From contig JBEWZL010000239.1 of NCBI GenBank assembly GCA_045837725.1, positions 1-64,000 of the forward strand: DNA of 64,000 nucleotides, given 5' to 3'. The stretch comes from Vermamoeba vermiformis. Lineage: Eukaryota. A model generated the notes under the pieces. The model was not told where the DNA came from. It saw only the letters and a program-made list of their open reading frames with translations, and did no database searches. The first letter of the stretch is position 1. Each line of letters begins with the position of its first letter. Shown here in pieces: positions 11,501 through 25,050 of this stretch. The translations under genes and the position numbers were made by a program.

Positions 11501-11993
11501 CTTCGGGTGAGATAATTAAGGAGAACAACTGCTCGAAAGCTTCGTCCCTCCCTTCTTTGTCCTCCAGGTCCTCTTGATCTTTCTCCGCTGCCTTGCTATC
11601 AAAAGGTATTGTCTCGTTCAATGAATCATTTGCGGGAATGCTGTACAGCTGCGAGACACGTTGGCTGCTCTCAATCTCCTCGACACTTTCGTCGTTGTCG
11701 GAATTGTTGTTATTCATCGGTCGTGACGCTTTGATATTGTTATTATTTTTGTCTTTGTGTTCCATTCCTGTAAGGTGAATATAAATATGAGAAAATTAAC
11801 AAATTATCAATTGGTTAATGTTTTCCCTACCTATTCGCGTCCTTTGTGCGGCATCTACGTGCTTTAGCGCTTTTTTCGCGAGTTTAACCTTTTTCTCGAA
11901 TTCTTGTAATTTTACCTTCGCTTGTGATAATTTATCTTTCGAGTGAGCGCTAGATGTTTCAGATGTATCGACTCGAATTGTTGGGGAAGTCAT
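8575..11993 (-). CDS. SLX4: SLX4-like structure-specific endonuclease scaffold
   Basis: Three CxxC...HxxxC UBZ-like fingers, MLR-like IMLAMALSAS, SAP-like PDYDAMSLEQLKAEVSKFGIKP, and C-terminal SLX1-binding-like FIKANIPLWEKILEYGPLEL...DFMRKKGVTW. Confidence 0.85.
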
Positions 11994-12299
11994 TCTATAA
12001 ATTTAAATAAATATTAAATACAAATAACTGATAGGCGTAACAAAACATTCGATTTTGAAATAAATATGCCGGTGGATCGAGATTCAAGGCCTTGCTTCAC
12101 TCACCAATTTGGCTTAAAAGAATATATTATGTCATTATGGTGTTGCGTTACGAGTTCGTGATTAATAATTAGCAAACAATCGAAAACTTAATAGCAGCAG
12201 GAATTTCTACGAAAGGGAGACCTGCTGGAGATCTGCAAACTGTATTGCGCATGGACGGATAGCATCAACGTGCGTATTTGATATGAGTTATTTACACGT

Positions 12300-12945
12300 T
12301 TATTCAATGTCGTCTTCAAAGTCCGCCTTCTGCTTGGGCACAACGTAAAACTGGCCATCGCGCACTGAAGCTAACTCGAGTATCTTCGGCACACCATCTT
12401 TGCCTTCACCACTTGCACTCGTTCCCTCACTGTTAATCACGTGATCGTCGCGCTGCTTTAGAGCCACGTGTTCGAGCACAGATAACAAAGGAGTAACGCC
12501 TGTCGTGTCAATACGCTGTATTTTCTTTACTGATTGCAATATATTGTCCAAATCTGCTAGTAGCGTTGGTATTTTGTCCTCTGTGGGTGCTAGACCTGCG
12601 AGGGTTGCAGATTTGAGCAGATCTTCACGCGTAATTGTTTCGGAATTAGAGTCTCTCGTCAAAAATGTTTCTTTAATTGACCACTGTGGTTTACTGAATT
12701 CCTATCGTGTAAAGAAGTCAAAATAACGCCATACTGAATTTATAAAAATATTTGTTTAATATTCAATGATTTCTCCGATCGTGTTACGCAACATATCCAC
12801 AATAACGAATTCTTACCGTAAATTCTTTGCTTCTCTTTGTGCACGTATGAAAGGCACTGATTTTTGTAACACAACTACTGCGAGCTTTCGCTGCTGCATA
12901 GGAGCGAGATACAGCTCCGGCTGTCTTTTTGAGCACAATATTCAT
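12300..12945 (-). CDS. GATC: Glutamyl-tRNA(Gln) amidotransferase subunit C, mitochondrial
   Basis: ITREDLLKSATLAGL...IQRIDTTGVTPL...RDD...GQFYVVPK; basic N-terminal presequence-like first exon. Confidence 0.85.
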
Positions 12946-13063
12946 AATGATAGTAAGCGAACACCGTGATGCGCAACTGTGTGCAACAGATGGGTTGGCT
13001 AAAACGAAAAGTCGCAAGAAGAAGGAAGTAAACGCTGTTCCAGAAACAAACTATTTTCCGAAC

Positions 13064-14837
13064 ATGAACACTAACCAACACTCCATATTAATTGTCGGAG
13101 CAGGAGTATTCGGCTTGTCAACGGCACTAGAGCTACATAACCGAGGATACTCCGTTTCAGTTGTTGATGCAGATCGTGTTCCGGCCGAGCTTGCTGCAAG
13201 CACCGATATTAGCAAACTTGTGCGTGCTGATTATGGTGACGACGAGTTTTACTTCGATTTGATGGTATGTTGTTGCAATTTACATTAGATCCGAAAACGG
13301 TTTTAAATAAATCCAAGCTTCAATAAGCTTGACGTGAGTAATTTTGGAATAAATAATTTAATTAAAGTGTAATTAATTTTTTTCTTTTAACTTCATTGAT
13401 CTTGGCGGTTCCTCACACCTTACATTAGGAAGAAAGCTTCAAGTTATGGGAGCAGTGGAACAAAGAATGGAAAGAAGATTTATATCACCAAGATGGTATT
13501 TTGGCGCTGTCCAGAAGTTTTAAGGTACGTTGAGGTCGCGTGTTTAAACATTGTGCTCAGTGAACCACACTTCGTGATTTTACTTTATTATTAAACCGGT
13601 TTAATTACCTACAGGACGGCAACTTTATTTATGAAACGTGCAAAACACTTAAGAAGCGCAAATACCCTGTGGAAGAACTCGATCGAAGCACGATCACCAA
13701 GCGGTACCCTGCTTGGTAAGCTCAGACGTATTCCACCCTCGAAGCCTAATTAATGTATTGTATGCACGAAGGAATTCTTCCATTTGGAATCGTGGCTACT
13801 TCAATACACTGGCCGGCTGGGCCGAGTCAGGTCGCGTAGTGACGAAGCTTGCCGAGAAGCTGCGCAGCTTGGGCGTAAAGATCGATCAACTTGCAGCCAG
13901 CGAAGTGTTGCGCAGTGGCAACAAAATCACGGGCATTAAGTTCCAAGATGGTTCTGTGCGCACTGCTGAGTGAGTACATTTGACGTAATTCTTACCTGAT
14001 CTGACCTCTCGTAGTACTTACGTCATTGCTGCCGGTGCATCGACTGCCATGTTGTTGCCCCATTTGCAAGTAAGGCGACGAACATATTTGAGTTGATTGG
14101 ATCTAACGTCGCGCTGCAGGCAGCGATGGTTGCTACTGGCCAGCCAGTGTTCCACTTTACACCACCTCCCAAACAAGCTCACTTGTTCCACAGCTCTCAA
14201 TTCCCTCCATTCTTCTCCGACATTACGGAGACAGGTTATTATGGATTCCCTCCCCACCCGAGTGACGGTCGCATCAAGATGGGTACGTAGTTCTTGTTTG
14301 CCGATTCCCACGCTAACCTTTGTAGGCCACCACGGTACTGGCTATCCCATCTCATGGCCAATCACCGCTGCAAAGGTCAAAGAGACTTGGGACCGTGTAC
14401 TCAACATTGAGACTGCCAGAATTCGAAAGTTTTTGGCACAGTCCATTCCGTCCCTTGCTGAGGCACCCATCATTTTCACTCGTTTGTGCCTTTATTGCGA
14501 TACGTGCGTACTTCCATATCCCTGAGCTCCAAACTGACAACTGTTTAGTAAGGACACTGACTTTTGGATCAACCGCGATCCGAACTTTTCAAATCTGGTT
14601 GTGTCTGCAGGTGGAAGTGGGCACGGATTTAAATTTAGTAAGTTTAAAAATCGTGTACCTCTTTTATAACTTCTTTTTGCAGCTCCCATTATTGGCAAAA
14701 TAACCGCGGATGCGTTGGAAGGAAAGCAAAACAGATTTTTGGAGCGCTTCAAGTACCGCACTTTTGACAACAATGTAACCGCTAAAGAACAAGCACGCTG
14801 CAAAACAGCAGACTTGACACTGCAGTCGGCATTATAA
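13064..14837 (+). CDS. FAD-dependent sarcosine/pipecolate/fructosylamine oxidase family
   Basis: IVGAGVFGLSTALEL, AASTDISKLVRADYG, YYGFPP, TRLCLYCDT, GGSGHGFKF; ends in SAL*. Confidence 0.9.
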
Positions 14838-14846
14838 ACCGTTCAT

Positions 14847-16940
14847 TTAATAGTCCTCCTCCCAATGAGGATCGTAATCACGGCCAATCATTGTGTTGAC
14901 GTACCAGTGATTCAGATCGCGCTTAGTGGATGTCGGAGGATCGAAGCCGTACTTGACGCGCGTTGTGGGTAACATGGTGGATAGCTCTAACATCTTGCTT
15001 TGTGATATTTGCTTCTTGTCCGCGAGCACGACAGAGTTGTTCACCAGATCTAATTCTTCCAGTTGTGTGAGTCCAGTCAAGTGAACTAGGCACTCCTCTG
15101 GCATCGAGTCGAGTTTTAAATGGCGAAGCGTCGAACATCGTTGTAAGTGTGAAAAAAACTGAGCTGTATCGTCTGGTCTCGAGGTGTAGGCATACTCTTC
15201 CGCGATAAGTCGAAAAGAGCGAATGTTAAACTTTGACCAATCCTCCTGACTGCCAAGCATGTCCATGTAGAAGTTGGGTACTACAGTGATCTCTTTGAGA
15301 GAGGGCGGTGCATTTTTGATCTGTGCTTGCTCAGCCCCATCGTAGACGAGCTTTTCTAAATTTACGGCACCTTGCAAATCGAGTGCCAGGGGCTGTTTAC
15401 AATGTATCACCAGCTTTTTGAGACGAGGCATTTCAACATTCCATTTGCCTTTGTCGGTATTCAGCGATACAGTCAACGAGACCAAGCGATCAAAGCAATC
15501 TTCAACGGTGATAGCTTGTTTGCTGTGCCACGTCAGTTTGGTTAGATTTGAGGCGCTTCTCAAGCCATTGATATTGTTGCAGCACAAATAAAGCTCCGTC
15601 AATGCAGGCAATTCGGAGGGTAGTGTCACCGTACCCCAGCAGTTGATAATTAAACCAGTTAATTTGGTCAACATTTCGTCGGGAAGTGGAGGTGGGGCCT
15701 CATTATTGCCCACATAGCGCACTCTGAAACGTGTTAGTTCAATTTATATTTGGATAAAAAGGGTGTAACTTACCCTAGCTTCTTCAGTTTACCAAATTTT
15801 GTTAGTGCGGTCACCTCGCTGCCCCGATTGGCAAAGCTTAAACGCAACTGTGTTAAATTCGACAAATTGGTTAACGAGGATAACTCGGAGATTCCCCTTG
15901 TTTGATCATCTAAATCAAGCTTGGTTAAATTTGTCATGCGGCCAATGCTAGCCAACATTACAGGATCCAACACCGGCTCTGTAGAATCAGATTTCCTGCA
16001 GTTCACGATAGAAAGACTAGCCAATCGAGACAGATTCGCTATCATTTGATGTGAAGGAAAGGATTTCGAGAGGATTCCTTTCAAAACCAACTTATTAAGA
16101 TTCTTCAAGTGGCGCAGAACATTGAGTTTAAGGCTCATTTTCTTAGTTCGGAACCACTGTGGCTTTGCAATAGTTACGTTGCTGCGCCAAATTAGACCAA
16201 GTCATTAGCCAAGCCAAAAACTTACGTGATACGTGGTGCTAGCATTTTGAACAGCCTTTTTGATGTGTAGAGGAATGAAAAAGTGTCCGGCCAAGCAACA
16301 ACGAAGGCGGCGATGCGACCGTACAACTCCTATAATATGTAAGTAAAGGATTCGAAGTAAAAGTATGAGTCCACATACAGGTAGCAGGGTCATGAAGGAA
16401 CCTTCAGCGCATTCGTCGCCCCAGTGATCGTCGCGACGACAATGAAAGCATGTGCGTACTGAGTAACAAAGTTATTAATCATCCTACGATTGGTATCTCT
16501 CCGTCAGTTACCTGAAAGCAAAGGCACTTTCAAAGGTGAAATTTTAAGCTTCAACGTTCGTCTTACGTGTTTGAATGCTTTTTGGGCTTCTTGCTCGTTG
16601 ACGAACCGCAAATAGATTCCTCCTAAAATAATTAGCAAACTCGCTAAGTTCAATAGATGCATTACCGTTCCTATTCTGTACGTTTTGTAGCTTGAACGCC
16701 CGCAAGTTAAAGATTGCCGATCCAATTTTCCAATTTGTTTCCTCTACCCAACAAATAATATTAATATTTGTGGATAATTTTTTAGATTATACGTGCTTAT
16801 GGTATATGCCACCGGTTCATTTGTTTGACTTTCCTAAAGATCCTGTCAATTTGTGGGTGCGATATCGAAGACCCTACCGAATCACTAGCATCGCTATCCT
16901 CTTCATCGGAGCTAAAATTAAGTGCAGCAAAGCGACTCAT
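14847..16940 (-). CDS. LRR protein with F-box-like segment, CCHC zinc knuckle and possible RRM-like N-terminus
   Basis: LxxLxxLxL repeats in 14847-16138; CFHCRRDDHWGDEC at 16409-16450; LLPxELYGRIAAFV F-box-like segment. Confidence 0.7.
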
Positions 16941-17095
16941 GGTTTGACCGTGTTGTGGTTCAGGTCTGATGTTGAAATAAAATTGCGATTGACCTGGAGA
17001 GGGGCTTGCAAAAAAAAATTGCTGGCATTGGACCCAACTTTTTTTGCAACAACTTAACAGAGCACTGGGTTTCGTGCAATAATTAAAGCGCCGAC

Positions 17096-18842
17096 ATGGA
17101 CATAATGTTAATCGCAATAATTCTGGGTCTGGTAGCTGTTGTTGGATTTATTTTCGCAAACGCGCTTAAAAAGAAAGCTACCACTCCTGACACTGCACAA
17201 ATCAAAGCGGAACAAACTAGTAAACCAGAAACGAGCAAGAAGGTAAACGTGGGTGCCAGGTTTTTTTGTTTGGCCATCTGAAAAAATTGCAAATAATTCA
17301 GAAAAATTCGTATTAATATCATTTTGTTGCAAAGGCTCCTAAAAAACCCGCTAAAGTACCTTCTCAACCCACAATTTCACATCCGCTACTGTTTACTCGA
17401 ATAAAACTTCAGGATGGCCCGGTGACCGCCATTTGCTTCAGCCCGAATGGCCAATACTTTGCCTCGTGTTCTAGTGATAGAAGTGTACTAATATTCAACG
17501 CAAATCAATTGAACGAGAAAGATAAGAGGTGCGTGTCGCGTCAAGATCGAATTGTACAACTTGTATTTATCGCAGTCATTTAGGCACATCCGAATTAACA
17601 CTGAATATGACTACGTTGCGGCATGCAGCTTCTCTTCAGACAGCAAACAATTGGTTGCTGCATTTGGTGACGCCAAAAAAATAGTCACGTATCAGATCAC
17701 CACGGAGGTATAAATACAGCTTTATTCGTGCACCGAAATCAAATTAATTGTTACTGCTTCAGAAAAATGCCGAGGGACGCCATTACAAGGCTGTGCACGA
17801 ATTTGAGACGCAGCACAAAGCGAAGATCGTTTCTATGCAATTGAGCTCCTCACAGCAATTCATCGTCACATGCGGTGCTGGTAAGAATGAGAAATATGAG
17901 TATAGCACTCGAGTTCAAGTAACTAAAAGCGATTGTTATAGACACTGAAGTCAAGGTATGGTCTCCGAAAGGCACATTGATCGAAGCGATCGATACGAAG
18001 CAAGGTCGCAACAATATGTATGGCTTATGAGGATATACATAGCTGCAAATAATTAACTAACCCATCAAGGTCGATAATTTCTCCCGACTCCGCGTACTTT
18101 TCAGTCGCAGCTTGGATGGCTGACGTCCGTGTAAGTTATTGAATGGCGCGTTGTTTCACCATCCGTTCTCACGCCATGTCTGTAGATCTGGAAGATTCTA
18201 CAAGACAAGAAGACTGGCGCATTTAGCGGCGTTAAGAAGCCTCATATTGGCATGTTGAAAGGACACAAGGTACACTGCCATACACGTGTCAATTACTTTC
18301 TTGTTAACATCACGGGTGTAGAGTGGTGTCAACTCTGTGTGCTTCAACTCCAAATCGACGAGGATGGTATCTGCGTCGGAGGATGGTACATGGAAAGCTT
18401 GGAATATTGCCGTTCAGTATGTATCTTATATACCTCAAGCGTGTGTGATCCGGTCAGACTAATTGACGTACACGGTAGATTCGAGTTGGATGCTGATCCT
18501 GAGCTCTTGTTCTCCGTTGAAAATACTTATAAGACCACTGACAAGTCTTCCAAGACAAAGCCTCTCCCGTTCCATAACATCTCAATGTCGCCCAACGATC
18601 AAGTCGTAGCTACTGTGACTGGCAGCAATATCAACGTAAGTCCTGGTCACTCTTTGATTGGTTGACTAATTGGTTGTACTGCGTAGCTTTGGAAAGCTGA
18701 AAATGGTGAGCTGATCGACTCGATCGACGGTGTGCATGGAAGTTTCATCACAGGCTTGGCGTGGTCGCCTGACAGCTCTCTTCTTGCTGCTTCGTGCGAA
18801 GATAAGGCAGTGTACATATACAAGAATCCACTGAAAAAATAA
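17096..18842 (+). CDS. TBL2: Transducin beta-like protein 2 (N-terminal TM + WD40)
   Basis: N-terminal hydrophobic anchor, HPLL motif, FSPNGQYFASCSSDRSV, AAWMADVR, LKGHK, SEDGTWKAW, DADPELL. Confidence 0.85.
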
Positions 18843-18937
18843 ATAAATAGTGACGTGCACGGAAGGCTTGGAGCCTCGTGACTTCAGCAGGAAATTTTTC
18901 CCATCCAATTTTTATTTTGCATTACAAGGACACAACC

Positions 18938-21425
18938 ATGCTATCTCGTGTTCTATCTCGCACTTGGCGTGCAACAACTTCACATTTAAGCCGATCAACC
19001 TCGCGGGTTGGATCGAGACAAGTCAAGCGCACCCTTCACACTAATAATGCCCAAAAATTAAATACACCACTAGCAAAAAAACTAATATTTTCCGGGTTAT
19101 TTGGCATGTCTGCGGTAAGTCCAAAATATCTTTGCCACGTAAAATTATCGAATATTAATAAACTGGGCCTTGCTGCATTAATTTAATGTTAATAATAATT
19201 TAAAATATTAGCTTTATGTTGCTAGCACAGCTTTTGCTGAAGACAATGAGCAGAAGAATGAGGAGAGCGAACAGAACGATCTTGACTTCTTTTTAGCTGA
19301 CGAGGACGATGAAACAAAATCAAATAAAGCAGAAGATGTAGCAGAGGAGAAGGACAAAAAGAAGAAGAAAAAGAAAAAGAAGAATAAGAACAAGAAGAAA
19401 AAATCGAAGCACGTGTCCGAAGAGGAATCCGTCGCGGAGACAGTGGAACCTGAGGAGCCAAACCCTGTCGACATCGCTGAGGATAAGCGCGATGACGAGG
19501 AGCTCAATGGAATTCTAAGATACAAATACTTAATTGTTGGTGGAGGTACTGCATCTTACGCGGCTATTCAAGCTATTCGGAAGGAAGATCCTGACGCTGA
19601 GGTAAGCTTACTAGTGACTTGAGTATTAGTTGCATATCATCATCGAGCATTTGTTTCGAGCACAACTATGTGCCAAGTGCTGTACTAACTTAGCTCGTAG
19701 ATCCTGATGGTCACTTCCGACGAACGCCCACCTTATCAAAGACCACCTCTCTCCAAAGAGCTGTGGTGGACTGAAGACGCAAATGTTGCACAAAACCTCA
19801 AGTTTACTGATTGGATGGGCAATGTCACCCAGTAAGTAACTGTGTTAGTATCATGCTCATGAACTGACTTTTAACAGCGTTGAGTACAAACACTTATCGG
19901 ATTATGCAGCAGACAGCAAAATTCGTTTAGTGTTGGGGCAGAACGTGAAGGATATGGATGCGTACCGCAAAGCAGCTCTTCTTGAAGATGGACGCATCAT
20001 CTTCTTTGAGAAGTGTTTGTTGGCTACTGGTGGCGAACCCAGACAATTGCCTGGCGCGCCCAAGCACCCGCACGTGACCACTTTCCGCTCTGTAAGTCAA
20101 GTGTATGGACTTACATTACATTATGCTTACTAACGGGACGTACGCAAGGTGCGCGACTTCCAAGATCTCGACGCTGTCACGCGGGATCCGAACGTTAAAC
20201 ACATCACTGTTGTGGGTGGTGGATTCTTAGGCACTGAGATTACTGCTGCATTGAATTCCCGTGCTAAAAAGGCTGGCTTTAAAGTTGCACAACTGTTCCC
20301 TGAACCTGGTAAGAGAACCTATCGGATCGAGTCATTTGATCTGACTCGTCACAGGTATTATGGCATTGAATGTACCCGCCTATCTTAGTGATTACGCCAC
20401 GAACAAATTACGTCAAGATGGTGTTGAAGTGCATACCGGCGTCGTAATCAAGAACTTTGAGGTAAACGACCAGAAAGCATTGACAAGCGATTCGTCAGGC
20501 TCGGAATCTGGTCAAGAGCCTCAAAGCCGCGCAGGCAACTTCACATTGACATTGTCAAACGACCAAAAAGTCCAAACTGACCACGTTGGTAAGTGTTAAA
20601 ATGAATGTTTTCAGATCTGTTATGGTCAGATTAATAATAGTTTTTTCATAACAGTCGTCGCTATCGGTATTAAGCCTAACACCCAGTTGGCTGAGTCAGC
20701 AGGTCTCGAGATTGACAAGAACAACGGTGGAATCGTCGTAAATCAAGAATTAGCAGCTCGATCTGACCTCTATGTGGTAAGTACTATTTAATTCACATCA
20801 ACTCCAAAATTGTGTACACAACCATAATCACATAACGCGGGAATATGTCCAAAAATAGCTCACATCAATCTCCTAGGCCGGAGATGTGCTCTCGTATTAC
20901 GATCCAATCCTTGGTCGTCGACGTGTCGAGCATTACGACCACGCCGATAACAGCGGCAGACATGCAGCTCTGAACATGACAGGTGCTCGCAAGGCTTACA
21001 ACTACATGCCCATGTTCTGGGGTGCGATGAACGGCATCCCTTACGAGGCTGTTGGTTTGATTGACTCAAAGCTCGACACTGTTGGAGTATGGCAAAGAGG
21101 TGAGTTGCATCGATAGTTGGCTGATATCTAACCGATCTCCTTAGGAGAAGACGAGAACGGCAGTGAGAACGAAGAACAAGGCGAGTACAAGAAAGGAATT
21201 GTGTATTACATGAAGAACAAGAAGATTGTTGGCGTGCTCTTGTGGAACTTGTTCAATCGTGTTGATGACGCTCGTCGTGCCATCAGAATTGGTCGTGAGT
21301 TTGACGACACGGAGAAGTTGCAACGCGTGATTGCTCTGGATGATAAGGATAAGGAGGAGGAAGACCGTCGCATGAAAGAGCTGAATGATCGCGACACACA
21401 ACAAGCTAAGACCGTCAAAGTCTAA
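18938..21425 (+). CDS. AIFM1: Apoptosis-inducing factor (mitochondrial FAD/NADH oxidoreductase)
   Basis: YLIVGGGTAS, PYQRPPLSKELWW, CLLATGG, VVGGGFLGTE, GRRRVEHYDHA, PMFW, YEAVGLIDS, VGVLLWNLF; mitochondrial presequence. Confidence 0.95.
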
Positions 21426-21498
21426 GACCAGTTCTGCGTGTAACAGATAAATAAAATTACTTAGAGGTTAAATTTACCTCAGCTCTGTCTAGTTCTTG

Positions 21499-24400
21499 AT
21501 GGAGTTGCCATCAGAGATTTGGGCAGCAATCTCAGGCGATTTGTCGGTGAGCGACAAGTGCTCGCTAAGTGCTGTCTGCAGATTAACGAAGCAAACAGTT
21601 TACAATGACTCATTTTGGCTTGATTTTGCTTTGAAAAATTTATTACGTGGCCTAACAATCGAGGAGATAATTGTTTTGGTGTTTTTGAAGGCAGATCAAG
21701 AAAGATTATCAAAAAGTCGAATTTCAAAAATTCAAAATTATCTCAAAATTAGCTATGACGCATCCATTGGTAAGTTAATGTTTTTTCATTAAATTCTAAC
21801 TCATTGGCAGATTTATCAGCAACACTTGCGAAGGAGGGTGCGATCTCGCCTTCGCTGATTAATCTTGGTGAGTATCGAGGAATTGCATGGCGAGAGTGGG
21901 CTAGTAACACGTTTGCATTCAATTTTGTGGCGTTGTTTTGCCGGCCGGAGACCCTGAATGTAAGCTCGAGGTGCTGTCGGATCCGTTTAAAAAGCCTTTT
22001 TTGTAGATAAAGGGCACGCTAGAGCAAAACGATATGAAAATGTTACTATCACGGCATGGAGAGGCAATTAAGCACTTCTCTTGGCGAGAAACTACATTCG
22101 TAATTGATTGGGACGTCACCAAATTGCTGCCTAACTTACAGAGCGCCATCTTGCCTGAATTCGTAGGTCTTGCTAACAATATGGAGCACTAACTAACGAT
22201 TACTTAAGATGAAAAATAATTCTTTTGCAAGCAGCCTGTCCACCTCGCTCACAAAGCTTGATATAACGACCAGCGGAGTCGTGAACCTGAGCTCGTTTAC
22301 TCGATTAGCGCAGGTAAAGTCTTGATTTATTCTGTTTGGCGACTAACGCGAATGTGTACAGCTGCGATCGTTCAAAGAAAGCGGCGGTGACGGACACTCT
22401 GATCTGCTTGTGTTTCTTCGTGCTCTTGGCTCGCAGCTGGAGAGTTTGAGTACGTACTTAATTGTACTCCTGTTGCAACGACTAACTTCTGTATTAGAAC
22501 TGATATCGCTCTCACAGACAGACGTTATTGTAGGTAGCGTAGCTGGCGATGCGTTCTAATTCTTTCGCAGGAATTGGGTCAATACTGCTCTCAACTAAGA
22601 TCGTTGCGTACATCCGAAGTCCAGTGTCCCGATACATTGTTCTCAGGACTAACAAACATCGCTACAAACAGCCCCAAGTTTCCAAAGACATTGCAAATAA
22701 AACACGAAGGAAAAAGAAAAGACCTCCTGCGCTACTTGGTGCTGAAAAATTCTTTACAGGTAAATCAAAAGAGCGACGCGCGCGATAACTAACTCATTCC
22801 TTAGCTTTTGGACATCGTTTGAAGAAATTAGTGCTTGAAAATATTGAGTGCTCAATTATAGAGCACATTGCGCACGCTACGAATTTGGTTCATTTGACCT
22901 TGACAACTGAAGACCCAAAGTCGAAGGTGGCTGACAGCTCAAATATCGTAGTGCCGCAAGTTATTGCACAGCTCAAGAAACTTGAGGATTTTACTTTAGG
23001 TAAGTTTGTTCTTGCTCGTTTTATAATACTTATCTCGGTATGGCAGCATTGTTCTCTGATTTTGAAGTGGAGTTGCATCACTCGCATCTTACAAAGCTGA
23101 ACGTCTTCGTTCGCCATAGTGTCATTAACATACCGTCGCTCATCCACCTCGAAGTACAGCGTGCTTCGGAATCGGTCCACCTGAGCAACTGTGCACTGAA
23201 GGTACTGTCGGTTGGCAGTGACGTGCGTCAATTCACCACTGTGGACGTAAATTGGAGTTCATTGGAGGAACTACGGTTTTACTCCAACCACTTAAACTAT
23301 TGGGGCTTTGTGGACAACTTGCCGAAGGACCTCGTCGCCAAAACTGCGCTGCACTCGAACGATTTAGCTTTTCGAGTGATTGATGTGAGCTCCTTACTCT
23401 ATTCGCACCTACAATTAATTCATCTATACTACATTGGCAGAACAAGTCGCTGATGCCTGAAAGGACAACCCTCGAATGGAGCCAGCTAGAGCTACTCTTC
23501 GAAAAGCCTCGCGTAATACCTCGTGAACTAATGCTGTACGGAGCCCCGAACGCGTTGATTGGTTATAAAATGCTCCTCGATAAGTTCAATGCCATTGAAA
23601 GTTTGGACTTCTGGGACTGCCAGGACATTACAACTGATGCTTTGGATATTCTTTGCAGTGGTAAGGTCATTTCGTTGTTTGACACTCAAAACTCCGCAGC
23701 ATCGTCTCAATCTTGGAGTAGGATTGCCGAATCTGAAGCAGATCGGATTCACCGAGTCACGCAACGTGGCTGCACCATTCAGTCACTTGAAACTTCACAG
23801 CAAGAGCTTGGAACTGATCTACTTGTATCACATTCACTCCGTGGAGACGAGCGACATTCAGTGTCCCAATCTTCGAACTATTACATTTGATAACGCTGGT
23901 AGAGTACGTTGAGTTCGGATCGTGTATCAAGTGGATTAATCGCTTTTACAGTACAATTTTCTAGAAGACGTGACCGACACCAACTTCTGCGAAATGACGC
24001 TACAACAACTGGGGTAATTCGTCTTTGTATTAATTTTCTTAAATCTAATGTATTATGCAGCGAAACAGATGCTTGCCCAAAGTTAATTAACTATGTGGCT
24101 TATCCGACGCAAACATACCTTGACTTGACAGATTACGCCTCCAAGGAGCCCACTAAGCCTGTTTTGTTGACGAGGATTCCTTCAGGCCTCACTGTTTTGA
24201 AACTGCATCTCAACTCGAACTTGGTCGCTGTGGATGTGGAGTCGGACGCGCTTCGGCAGTGTTCAATTACTTGCTGTCATTACTTGAGAACTATCAAATT
24301 GAAGGCGGACGTGCGTTCATTTGATATTGCCAACACACCGCTATTGGAGCACCTGACACTGGAATCAAAGGTAACGACAGATTTTGACTGTTCGGTTCTG

Positions 24401-25013
24401 ATACCTTTTAGCTGATACAAGACATTGACGTGCCGCATCTACAGTATGTCAAACTGGTGACACCAAAGTGAGTACCGTCTTCATTTTTGAATATAAACTA
24501 ACGAATGTCTAGCTTAAAACGGCTTTCCATATTCGCTCCGGCCTCGTATCACATTTTGGATAACTTGCAACACCTTGAAGAATTGAGCATCAGTAAGTAC
24601 ATTAGTTTGAGATTTATTAATTGGGACTAATCATTTCAGATGCGGAATCCGAGCTGTTTAGAATCAATGGCAAAGTATTCTTCACCAAGCTGTTCAATTG
24701 TTGTCCACGGTTGCGCGTCCTCGAGTGGCATGAAAAGTGCGTCGGAATATCAGTGTCGCACATAATGGCACTCAAAAATGCGTACAAGAAGCAACACAAC
24801 GTAGACATTGAGTTGCGTGGTCCTAAAGATCTGTTAGAGGCCGTGGAAAAACTCGAGGCACAACAAAAGCTGCCAGAGAAGAAACAACGCATGCTGAAAA
24901 TCAATGCACTGATGAAACGAACAATCAACAATTGGAAACAGAAACCAAAAGCGAAAGCATTTCGAGCGTGGCGTGATTATGCGTTGAGGGACAAAAAGCA
25001 TGATAAGAAATGA
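21499..25013 (+). CDS. F-box/LRR protein (paralog A)
   Basis: MELPSEIWAAISGDLSVSDKCSLSAVCR...NDSFW F-box followed by degenerate LRRs; colinear with the 31115-34650 gene. Confidence 0.85.
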
Positions 25014-25050
25014 TTTATTTAAGTTTAATAAAAAATGATCAGTTGATTGG

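Noticed and set aside
12190-12230. Hairpin CAGCAGG...CCTGCTG downstream of GatC
   Set aside because: A single 7-bp stem with no other ncRNA hallmark; expected by chance.
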